A stretch of DNA of 64,000 bases from Laetmonice hystrix (lineage: Eukaryota), in contig OZ249436.1 in NCBI GenBank assembly GCA_965235115.1, positions 8,248,001 through 8,312,000 of the forward strand. The letters are read 5' to 3'. Position 1 is the first letter of the stretch. The number at the start of each line of letters is the position of its first letter. The translations under genes and the position numbers were made by a program. Under the pieces are notes generated by a model, which saw only the letters and a list, made by a program, of their open reading frames with translations, was not told the origin of the DNA and did no database searches. Shown here in pieces: positions 51,901-64,000 of this stretch.

Positions 51901-54900
51901 CGTATCAGAAATGTAGCCATTTTTCGCTTCTCATTGCTTTAACCTAAGAGCCACAGGTGCCCGCCAGCCCGGCCAGGTATACGTGGTGATTCCACCGGTA
52001 GCCGGAAGATGGCAGTGCAGTCGCCGCTTTCGCCGCCGCTTCAGTAGAGCTGCGCTGCACCCTGGTGTTTCTTGCCTGCAAGATCCCTGTACTCTTTCTT
52101 TGTTTGTTTCTTACTTGGGGATGTGATATCTGATATAGAAAAGGCGTACAACGTCATTTGCCATTGTTAACTAAGCCTTTACGGCAAACCGTCATTGGGA
52201 CGACCTGACGACGTTGTCGCACGCTTACAGATGGTCTGTAGGGGACACAGATTAGATGGGAGTAGATGCTAGACGAAACGTATGGCCTGCCTCCTGGACC
52301 ATAAGGGCATGGAAACATGAAACATGAGGCGTCCCGATATTACTGGCTACTGTTGTATTCAAGCAAACGGTACAGGGAGGACAAACAGTACAGTGAGGAA
52401 TCGCTACAAGGTACTGGCTGGCCTAGCACCCAAGCGAACACTACAGTGAGGGCACTACAGTCAGGCCAAACAGTACACTGTGAGGCCAAGCAGTGTGGGC
52501 GGCCAACTAGTAGAGTGACAAATCCCTGCATCTTACCGACTGCCCTAGTAGCCATGCAAAGATTACAGTGAGGTAGTGGAAATGAAAGGTACAGGCGAGG
52601 ACCATCTAATGTTAAAATCTGGAGAAGATACTTCAATGGGAAGTATACACATCACAAGCATATATCTGTAGCGAACGTACGAGACCTATACGTTTGACAG
52701 TTATACATCTGGCCTTAGAATAATAACTTTAGGGGGCGTAGTTACAATTTGACGTATCAGAAATGTAGCCATTTTTCGCTTCTCATTGCTTTAACCTAAG
52801 AGCCACAGGTGCCCGCCAGCCCGGCCAGGTATACGTGGTGATTCCATCGGTAGCCGGAAGATGGCAGTGCAGTCGCCGCTTTCGCCGCCGCTTCAGCAGA
52901 GCTGCGCTGCACCCTGGTGTTTCTTGCCTGCAAGATCTCTGTACTCTTTCTTTGTTTGTTTCTTACTTGAGGATGGGATATCTGATATAGAAAAGGCGTA
53001 CAACGTCATTTGCCATTGTTAACTAAGCCTTTACGGCAAACAGTCATTGGCACGAACTGACAACGTTGTCGCACGCTTACAGATGGTCTGTAGGGGACAC
53101 AGATTAGATAGGAGTAGATGCTAGACGAAACGTATGGCCTGCCTCCTGGACAATAAAGGCATGGAAACATGAAACATGAGGCGTCCCTATATTACTGGCT
53201 ACTGTTGTATTCAAGCAAACGGTACAGGGAGGACAAACAGTACAGTGAGGAATCGCTACAAGGTACTGGCTGGCCTAGCACCCAAGCGAACACTACAGTG
53301 AGGCCAAAGAGTACAGTCAGGCCAAACAGCCAAGCAGTGTGGGCGGCCAACCAGTAGAGTGACAAGTCCCTACATCTTACCGACTGGTCTAGTAGCCATG
53401 CAAACACTACAGTGAGGTAGTGGAAATGAAAGGTACAGGCGAGGACCATCTAATGTTAAAATCTGGAGAAGATACTCTATCAATGGGAAGTATACACATC
53501 ACAACCATATATCTGTAGCGAACGTACGAGACCTATACGTTTGACAGTTATACATCTGGCCTAAGAATCATAACTTTAGGGGGCGTAGTTACAATTTGAC
53601 GTATCAGAAATGTAGCCATTTTTCGCTTCTCATTGCTTTAACCTAAGAGCCACAGGTGCCCGCCAGCCCGGCCAGGTATACGTGGTGATTCCATCGGTAG
53701 CCGGAAGATGGCAGTGCAGTGGCCGCTTTCGCCGCCGCTTCAGTAGAGCTGCGCTGCACCCTGGTGTTTCTTGCCTGCAAGATCTCTGTACTCTTTCTTT
53801 GTTTGTTTCTTACTTGAGGATGGGATATCTGATATAGAAAAGGCGTACAACGTCATTTGCCATTGTTAACTAAGCCTTTACGGCAAACAGTCATTGGCAC
53901 GAACTGACAACGTTGTCGGACGCTTACAGATGGTCTGTAGGGGACACAGATTAGATGGGAGTAGATGCTAGACGAAACGTATGGCCTGCCTCCTGGACAA
54001 TAAAGGCATGGAAACATGAAACATGAGGCGTCCCTATATTACTGGCTACTGTTGTATTCAAGCAAACGGTACAGGAAGGACAAACAGTACAGTGAGGAAT
54101 CGCTACAAGGTACTGGCTGGCCTAGCACCCAAGCGAACACTACAGTGAGGCCAAAGAGTACAGTCAGGCCAAACAGCCAAGCAGTAGCCAGTAATATAGG
54201 TTAAAATCTGGAGAAGATACTCAAATGGGAAGTATACACATCAGAACCATATATATCTGTAGCGAACGTACGGGACCTATACGTTTGACAGTTATACATC
54301 TGGCCTAAGAATCATAACTTTAGGGGGCGTAGTTACAATTTGACGTATCAGAAATGTAGCCATTTTTTCGCTACTCATTGCTCTAACCTAAGAGCCACAG
54401 GTGCCCGCCAGCCCGGCCAGGTATACGTGGTGATTCCACCGGTAGCCGGAAGATGGCAGTGCAGTCGCCGCTTTCGCCGCCGCTTCAGTAGAGCTGCGCT
54501 GCACCCTGGTGTTTCTTGCCTGCAAGATCCCTGTACTCTTTCTTTGTTTGTTTCTTACTTGGGGATGGGATATCTGATATAGAAAAGCCGTACAACGTCA
54601 TTTGCCATTGTTAATTAAGCCTTTAGAGCAAACACACATTGGGACGACCTGACGACGTTGTCGCACGCTTACAGATGGTCTGTAGGGGACACAGATTAGA
54701 TGGGAGTAGATGCTAGACGAAACGTATGGCCTGCCTCCTGGACAATAAAGGCATGGAAACATGAAACATAAGGCGTCCCTATATTACTGGCCACTGTTGT
54801 AATCAAGCAAACGGTACAGGGAGGACAAACAGTACAGTAAGGAATCGCTACAAGGTACTGGCTGGCCTAGCACCCAAGCGAACACTACAGTGAGGCCAAA

Positions 54901-57900
54901 GAGTACAGTCAGGCCAAACAGCCAAGCAGTGTGGGCGGCCAACCAGTAGAGTGATAAGTCCCTACATCTTACCGACTGGTCTAGTAGCCATGCAAACACT
55001 ACAGTGAGGTAGTGGAAATGAAAGGTACAGGCGAGGACCATCTAATGTTACAATCTGGAGAAGATACTCCAATGGGAAGTATACACATCACAACCATATA
55101 TCTGTAGCGAACGTACGAGACCTATACGTTTGACAGTTTTACATCTGGCCTAAGAATCATAACTTTAGGGGACGTAGTTACAATTTGACGTATCAGAAAT
55201 GTAGCCATTTTTCGCTTCTCATTGCTTTAACCTAAGAGCCACAGGTGCCCGCCAGCCCGGCCAGGTATACGTGGTGATTCCACCGGTAGCCGGAAGATGG
55301 CAGTGCAGTCGCCGCTTTCGCCGCCGCTTCAGTAGAGCTGCGCTGCACCCTGGTGTTTCTTGCCTGCAAGATCCCTGTACTCTTTCTTTGTTTGTTTCTT
55401 ACTTGGGGATGTGATATCTGATATAGAAAAGGCGTACAACGTCATTTGCCATTGTTAACTAAGCCTTTACGGCAAACCGTCATTGGGACGACCTGACGAC
55501 GTTGTCGCACGCTTACAGATGGTCTGTAGGGGACACAGATTAGATGGGAGTAGATGCTAGACGAAACGTATGGCCTGCCTCCTGGACCATAAGGGCATGG
55601 AAACATGAAACATGAGGCGTCCCGATATTACTGGCTACTGTTGTATTCAAGCAAACGGTACAGGGAGGACAAACAGTACAGTGAGGAATCGCTACAAGGT
55701 ACTGGCTGGCCTAGCACCCAAGCGAACACTACAGTGAGGGCACTACAGTCAGGCCAAACAGTACACTGTGAGGCCAAGCAGTGTGGGCGGCCAACTAGTA
55801 GAGTGACAAATCCCTGCATCTTACCGACTGCCCTAGTAGCCATGCAAAGATTACAGTGAGGTAGTGGAAATGAAAGGTACAGGCGAGGACCATCTAATGT
55901 TAAAATCTGGAGAAGATACTTCAATGGGAAGTATACACATCACAAGCATATATCTGTAGCGAACGTACGAGACCTATACGTTTGACAGTTATACATCTGG
56001 CCTTAGAATAATAACTTTAGGGGGCGTAGTTACAATTTGACGTATCAGAAATGTAGCCATTTTTCGCTTCTCATTGCTTTAACCTAAGAGCCACAGGTGC
56101 CCGCCAGCCCGGCCAGGTATACGTGGTGATTCCATCGGTAGCCGGAAGATGGCAGTGCAGTCGCCGCTTTCGCCGCCGCTTCAGCAGAGCTGCGCTGCAC
56201 CCTGGTGTTTCTTGCCTGCAAGATCTCTGTACTCTTTCTTTGTTTGTTTCTTACTTGAGGATGGGATATCTGATATAGAAAAGGCGTACAACGTCATTTG
56301 CCATTGTTAACTAAGCCTTTACGGCAAACAGTCATTGGCACGAACTGACAACGTTGTCGCACGCTTACAGATGGTCTGTAGGGGACACAGATTAGATAGG
56401 AGTAGATGCTAGACGAAACGTATGGCCTGCCTCCTGGACAATAAAGGCATGGAAACATGAAACATGAGGCGTCCCTATATTACTGGCTACTGTTGTATTC
56501 AAGCAAACGGTACAGGGAGGACAAACAGTACAGTGAGGAATCGCTACAAGGTACTGGCTGGCCTAGCACCCAAGCGAACACTACAGTGAGGCCAAAGAGT
56601 ACAGTCAGGCCAAACAGCCAAGCAGTGTGGGCGGCCAACCAGTAGAGTGACAAGTCCCTACATCTTACCGACTGGTCTAGTAGCCATGCAAACACTACAG
56701 TGAGGTAGTGGAAATGAAAGGTACAGGCGAGGACCATCTAATGTTAAAATCTGGAGAAGATACTCTATCAATGGGAAGTATACACATCACAACCATATAT
56801 CTGTAGCGAACGTACGAGACCTATACGTTTGACAGTTATACATCTGGCCTAAGAATCATAACTTTAGGGGGCGTAGTTACAATTTGACGTATCAGAAATG
56901 TAGCCATTTTTCGCTTCTCATTGCTTTAACCTAAGAGCCACAGGTGCCCGCCAGCCCGGCCAGGTATACGTGGTGATTCCATCGGTAGCCGGAAGATGGC
57001 AGTGCAGTGGCCGCTTTCGCCGCCGCTTCAGTAGAGCTGCGCTGCACCCTGGTGTTTCTTGCCTGCAAGATCTCTGTACTCTTTCTTTGTTTGTTTCTTA
57101 CTTGAGGATGGGATATCTGATATAGAAAAGGCGTACAACGTCATTTGCCATTGTTAACTAAGCCTTTACGGCAAACAGTCATTGGCACGAACTGACAACG
57201 TTGTCGGACGCTTACAGATGGTCTGTAGGGGACACAGATTAGATGGGAGTAGATGCTAGACGAAACGTATGGCCTGCCTCCTGGACAATAAAGGCATGGA
57301 AACATGAAACATGAGGCGTCCCTATATTACTGGCTACTGTTGTATTCAAGCAAACGGTACAGGAAGGACAAACAGTACAGTGAGGAATCGCTACAAGGTA
57401 CTGGCTGGCCTAGCACCCAAGCGAACACTACAGTGAGGCCAAAGAGTACAGTCAGGCCAAACAGCCAAGCAGTAGCCAGTAATATAGGTTAAAATCTGGA
57501 GAAGATACTCAAATGGGAAGTATACACATCAGAACCATATATATCTGTAGCGAACGTACGGGACCTATACGTTTGACAGTTATACATCTGGCCTAAGAAT
57601 CATAACTTTAGGGGGCGTAGTTACAATTTGACGTATCAGAAATGTAGCCATTTTTTCGCTACTCATTGCTCTAACCTAAGAGCCACAGGTGCACGCCAGC
57701 CCGGCCAGGTATACGTGGTGATTCCACCGGTAGCCGGAAGATGGCAGTGCAGTCGCCGCTTTCGCCGCCGCTTCAGTAGAGCTGCGCTGCACCCTGGTGT
57801 TTCTTGCCTGCAAGATCCCTGTACTCTTTCTTTGTTTGTTTCTTACTTGGGGATGGGATATCTGATATAGAAAAGCCGTACAACGTCATTTGCCATTGTT

Positions 57901-60900
57901 AATTAAGCCTTTAGAGCAAACACACATTGGGACGACCTGACGACGTTGTCGCACGCTTACAGATGGTCTGTAGGGGACACAGATTAGATGGGAGTAGATG
58001 CTAGACGAAACGTATGGCCTGCCTCCTGGACAATAAAGGCATGGAAACATGAAACATAAGGCGTCCCTATATTACTGGCTACTGTTGTAATCAAGCAAAC
58101 GGTACAGGGAGGACAAACAGTACAGTAAGGAATCGCTACAAGGTACTGGCTGGCCTAGCACCCAAGCGAACACTACAGTGAGGCCAAAGAGTACAGTCAG
58201 GCCAAACAGCCAAGCAGTGTGGGCGGCCAACCAGTAGAGTGACAAGTCCCTACATCTTACCGACTGGTCTAGTAGCCATGCAAACACTACAGTGAGGTAG
58301 TGGAAATGAAAGGTACAGGCGAGGACCATCTAATGTTACAATCTGGAGAAGATACTCCAATGGGAAGTATACACATCACAACCATATATCTGTAGCGAAC
58401 GTACGAGACCTATACGTTTGACAGTTTTACATCTGGCCTAAGAATCATAACTTTAGGGGACGTAGTTACAATTTGACGTATCAGAAATGTAGCCATTTTT
58501 CGCTTCTCATTGCTTTAACCTAAGAGCCACAGGTGCCCGCCAGCCCGGCCAGGTATACGTGGTGATTCCACCGGTAGCCGGAAGATGGCAGTGCAGTCGC
58601 CGCTTTCGCCGCCGCTTCAGTAGAGCTGCGCTGCACCCTGGTGTTTCTTGCCTGCAAGATCCCTGTACTCTTTCTTTGTTTGTTTCTTACTTGGGGATGT
58701 GATATCTGATATAGAAAAGGCGTACAACGTCATTTGCCATTGTTAACTAAGCCTTTACGGCAAACCGTCATTGGGACGACCTGACGACGTTGTCGCACGC
58801 TTACAGATGGTCTGTAGGGGACACAGATTAGATGGGAGTAGATGCTAGACGAAACGTATGGCCTGCCTCCTGGACCATAAGGGCATGGAAACATGAAACA
58901 TGAGGCGTCCCGATATTACTGGCTACTGTTGTATTCAAGCAAACGGTACAGGGAGGACAAACAGTACAGTGAGGAATCGCTACAAGGTACTGGCTGGCCT
59001 AGCACCCAAGCGAACACTACAGTGAGGGCACTACAGTCAGGCCAAACAGTACACTGTGAGGCCAAGCAGTGTGGGCGGCCAACTAGTAGAGTGACAAATC
59101 CCTGCATCTTACCGACTGCCCTAGTAGCCATGCAAAGATTACAGTGAGGTAGTGGAAATGAAAGGTACAGGCGAGGACCATCTAATGTTAAAATCTGGAG
59201 AAGATACTTCAATGGGAAGTATACACATCACAAGCATATATCTGTAGCGAACGTACGAGACCTATACGTTTGACAGTTATACATCTGGCCTTAGAATAAT
59301 AACTTTAGGGGGCGTAGTTACAATTTGACGTATCAGAAATGTAGCCATTTTTCGCTTCTCATTGCTTTAACCTAAGAGCCACAGGTGCCCGCCAGCCCGG
59401 CCAGGTATACGTGGTGATTCCATCGGTAGCCGGAAGATGGCAGTGCAGTCGCCGCTTTCGCCGCCGCTTCAGCAGAGCTGCGCTGCACCCTGGTGTTTCT
59501 TGCCTGCAAGATCTCTGTACTCTTTCTTTGTTTGTTTCTTACTTGAGGATGGGATATCTGATATAGAAAAGGCGTACAACGTCATTTGCCATTGTTAACT
59601 AAGCCTTTACGGCAAACAGTCATTGGCACGAACTGACAACGTTGTCGCACGCTTACAGATGGTCTGTAGGGGACACAGATTAGATAGGAGTAGATGCTAG
59701 ACGAAACGTATGGCCTGCCTCCTGGACAATAAAGGCATGGAAACATGAAACATGAGGCGTCCCTATATTACTGGCTACTGTTGTATTCAAGCAAACGGTA
59801 CAGGGAGGACAAACAGTACAGTGAGGAATCGCTACAAGGTACTGGCTGGCCTAGCACCCAAGCGAACACTACAGTGAGGCCAAAGAGTACAGTCAGGCCA
59901 AACAGCCAAGCAGTGTGGGCGGCCAACCAGTAGAGTGACAAGTCCCTACATCTTACCGACTGGTCTAGTAGCCATGCAAACACTACAGTGAGGTAGTGGA
60001 AATGAAAGGTACAGGCGAGGACCATCTAATGTTAAAATCTGGAGAAGATACTCTATCAATGGGAAGTATACACATCACAACCATATATCTGTAGCGAACG
60101 TACGAGACCTATACGTTTGACAGTTATACATCTGGCCTAAGAATCATAACTTTAGGGGGCGTAGTTACAATTTGACGTATCAGAAATGTAGCCATTTTTC
60201 GCTTCTCATTGCTTTAACCTAAGAGCCACAGGTGCCCGCCAGCCCGGCCAGGTATACGTGGTGATTCCATCGGTAGCCGGAAGATGGCAGTGCAGTGGCC
60301 GCTTTCGCCGCCGCTTCAGTAGAGCTGCGCTGCACCCTGGTGTTTCTTGCCTGCAAGATCTCTGTACTCTTTCTTTGTTTGTTTCTTACTTGAGGATGGG
60401 ATATCTGATATAGAAAAGGCGTACAACGTCATTTGCCATTGTTAACTAAGCCTTTACGGCAAACAGTCATTGGCACGAACTGACAACGTTGTCGCACGCT
60501 TACAGATGGTCTGTAGGGGACACAGATTAGATAGGAGTAGATGCTAGACGAAACGTATGGCCTGCCTCCTGGACAATAAAGGCATGGAAACATGAAACAT
60601 GAGGCGTCCCTATATTACTGGCTACTGTTGTATTCAAGCAAACGGTACAGGGAGGACAAACAGTACAGTGAGGAATCGCTACAAGGTACTGGCTGGCCTA
60701 GCACCCAAGCGAACACTACAGTGAGGCCAAAGAGTACAGTCAGGCCAAACAGCCAAGCAGTGTGGGCGGCCAACCAGTAGAGTGACAAGTCCCTACATCT
60801 TACCGACTGGTCTAGTAGCCATGCAAACACTACAGTGAGGTAGTGGAAATGAAAGGTACAGGCGAGGACCATCTAATGTTAAAATCTGGAGAAGATACTC

Positions 60901-63900
60901 TATCAATGGGAAGTATACACATCACAACCATATATCTGTAGCGAACGTACGAGACCTATACGTTTGACAGTTATACATCTGGCCTAAGAATCATAACTTT
61001 AGGGGGCGTAGTTACAATTTGACGTATCAGAAATGTAGCCATTTTTCGCTTCTCATTGCTTTAACCTAAGAGCCACAGGTGCCCGCCAGCCCGGCCAGGT
61101 ATACGTGGTGATTCCATCGGTAGCCGGAAGATGGCAGTGCAGTGGCCGCTTTCGCCGCCGCTTCAGTAGAGCTGCGCTGCACCCTGGTGTTTCTTGCCTG
61201 CAAGATCTCTGTACTCTTTCTTTGTTTGTTTCTTACTTGAGGATGGGATATCTGATATAGAAAAGGCGTACAACGTCATTTGCCATTGTTAACTAAGCCT
61301 TTACGGCAAACAGTCATTGGCACGAACTGACAACGTTGTCGGACGCTTACAGATGGTCTGTAGGGGACACAGATTAGATGGGAGTAGATGCTAGACGAAA
61401 CGTATGGCCTGCCTCCTGGACAATAAAGGCATGGAAACATGAAACATGAGGCGTCCCTATATTACTGGCTACTGTTGTATTCAAGCAAACGGTACAGGAA
61501 GGACAAACAGTACAGTGAGGAATCGCTACAAGGTACTGGCTGGCCTAGCACCCAAGCGAACACTACAGTGAGGCCAAAGAGTACAGTCAGGCCAAACAGC
61601 CAAGCAGTAGCCAGTAATATAGGTTAAAATCTGGAGAAGATACTCAAATGGGAAGTATACACATCAGAACCATATATATCTGTAGCGAACGTACGGGACC
61701 TATACGTTTGACAGTTATACATCTGGCCTAAGAATCATAACTTTAGGGGGCGTAGTTACAATTTGACGTATCAGAAATGTAGCCATTTTTTCGCTACTCA
61801 TTGCTCTAACCTAAGAGCCACAGGTGCCCGCCAGCCCGGCCAGGTATACGTGGTGATTCCACCGGTAGCCGGAAGATGGCAGTGCAGTCGCCGCTTTCGC
61901 CGCCGCTTCAGTAGAGCTGCGCTGCACCCTGGTGTTTCTTGCCTGCAAGATCCCTGTACTCTTTCTTTGTTTGTTTCTTACTTGGGGATGGGATATCTGA
62001 TATAGAAAAGCCGTACAACGTCATTTGCCATTGTTAATTAAGCCTTTAGAGCAAACACACATTGGGACGACCTGACGACGTTGTCGCACGCTTACAGATG
62101 GTCTGTAGGGGACACAGATTAGATGGGAGTAGATGCTAGACGAAACGTATGGCCTGCCTCCTGGACAATAAAGGCATGGAAACATGAAACATAAGGCGTC
62201 CCTATATTACTGGCTACTGTTGTAATCAAGCAAACGGTACAGGGAGGACAAACAGTACAGTAAGGAATCGCTACAAGGTACTGGCTGGCCTAGCACCCAA
62301 GCGAACACTACAGTGAGGCCAAAGAGTACAGTCAGGCCAAACAGCCAAGCAGTGTGGGCGGCCAACCAGTAGAGTGACAAGTCCCTACATCTTACCGACT
62401 GGTCTAGTAGCCATGCAAACACTACAGTGAGGTAGTGGAAATGAAAGGTACAGGCGAGGACCATCTAATGTTACAATCTGGAGAAGATACTCCAATGGGA
62501 AGTATACACATCACAACCATATATCTGTAGCGAACGTACGAGACCTATACGTTTGACAGTTTTACATCTGGCCTAAGAATCATAACTTTAGGGGACGTAG
62601 TTACAATTTGACGTATCAGAAATGTAGCCATTTTTCGCTTCTCATTGCTTTAACCTAAGAGCCACAGGTGCCCGCCAGCCCGGCCAGGTATACGTGGTGA
62701 TTCCACCGGTAGCCGGAAGATGGCAGTGCAGTCGCCGCTTTCGCCGCCGCTTCAGTAGAGCTGCGCTGCACCCTGGTGTTTCTTGCCTGCAAGATCCCTG
62801 TACTCTTTCTTTGTTTGTTTCTTACTTGGGGATGTGATATCTGATATAGAAAAGGCGTACAACGTCATTTGCCATTGTTAACTAAGCCTTTACGGCAAAC
62901 CGTCATTGGGACGACCTGACGACGTTGTCGCACGCTTACAGATGGTCTGTAGGGGACACAGATTAGATGGGAGTAGATGCTAGACGAAACGTATGGCCTG
63001 CCTCCTGGACCATAAGGGCATGGAAACATGAAACATGAGGCGTCCCGATATTACTGGCTACTGTTGTATTCAAGCAAACGGTACAGGGAGGACAAACAGT
63101 ACAGTGAGGAATCGCTACAAGGTACTGGCTGGCCTAGCACCCAAGCGAACACTACAGTGAGGGCACTACAGTCAGGCCAAACAGTACACTGTGAGGCCAA
63201 GCAGTGTGGGCGGCCAACTAGTAGAGTGACAAATCCCTGCATCTTACCGACTGCCCTAGTAGCCATGCAAAGATTACAGTGAGGTAGTGGAAATGAAAGG
63301 TACAGGCGAGGACCATCTAATGTTAAAATCTGGAGAAGATACTTCAATGGGAAGTATACACATCACAAGCATATATCTGTAGCGAACGTACGAGACCTAT
63401 ACGTTTGACAGTTATACATCTGGCCTTAGAATAATAACTTTAGGGGGCGTAGTTACAATTTGACGTATCAGAAATGTAGCCATTTTTCGCTTCTCATTGC
63501 TTTAACCTAAGAGCCACAGGTGCCCGCCAGCCCGGCCAGGTATACGTGGTGATTCCATCGGTAGCCGGAAGATGGCAGTGCAGTCGCCGCTTTCGCCGCC
63601 GCTTCAGCAGAGCTGCGCTGCACCCTGGTGTTTCTTGCCTGCAAGATCTCTGTACTCTTTCTTTGTTTGTTTCTTACTTGAGGATGGGATATCTGATATA
63701 GAAAAGGCGTACAACGTCATTTGCCATTGTTAACTAAGCCTTTACGGCAAACAGTCATTGGCACGAACTGACAACGTTGTCGCACGCTTACAGATGGTCT
63801 GTAGGGGACACAGATTAGATAGGAGTAGATGCTAGACGAAACGTATGGCCTGCCTCCTGGACAATAAAGGCATGGAAACATGAAACATGAGGCGTCCCTA

Positions 63901-64000
63901 TATTACTGGCTACTGTTGTATTCAAGCAAACGGTACAGGGAGGACAAACAGTACAGTGAGGAATCGCTACAAGGTACTGGCTGGCCTAGCACCCAAGCGA
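9911..64000 (+). repeat. Tandem satellite array, monomer ~845 bp (mostly 840-863 bp; one 745 bp variant), 64 full copies plus a partial, open at the window end
   Basis: The monomer begins TACAACGTCATTTGCC and ends GATATAGAAAAGGCG. ORF-track anchors recur every ~845 bp; copies differ by a few shared SNPs and short indels. Confidence 0.99.
48859..64000 (+). repeat. Higher-order repeat domain: 3288 bp tetramer (852+847+745+844) three times, then a 4135 bp pentamer variant, then a partial unit
   Basis: Variant-specific anchors at 49029, 52317, 55605 and 58893 (spacing 3288), then 63028 (spacing 4135). The short monomer recurs at 50728, 54016, 57304 and 61439. Confidence 0.95.

Noticed and set aside
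10081..63347. Repeated 60-110 aa ORFs (MKHEAS..., MVLACT..., MTYQKC...) as a tandem gene family
   Set aside because: They overlap on both strands, often use non-ATG starts, show no recognisable domain, and are broken by frameshifting indels and stops in many copies.

Overview
Metazoan genomic DNA, probably from a marine invertebrate (inferred from the repeat types; not provable here). Bases 1-9.9 kb hold a complete four-exon NDUFA13/GRIM-19 gene on the minus strand (148 aa, ATG at 6223, stop at 922; the ORF track catches only the last exon). They also hold several non-autonomous inverted-repeat elements, a diverged inverted 1.25-unit copy of the satellite monomer (7207-8273) and a Helentron/DINE-1-like element (8274-9910). 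From 9911 to the window end lies a head-to-tail array of a ~845 bp monomer (64 full copies plus a partial one). The array changes from a mosaic of local dimers to a regular 3288 bp four-monomer higher-order repeat (HOR). The HOR's founding junction carries an inverted templated insertion. The repeated short ORFs in the array look non-coding. All alignments were done by eye.
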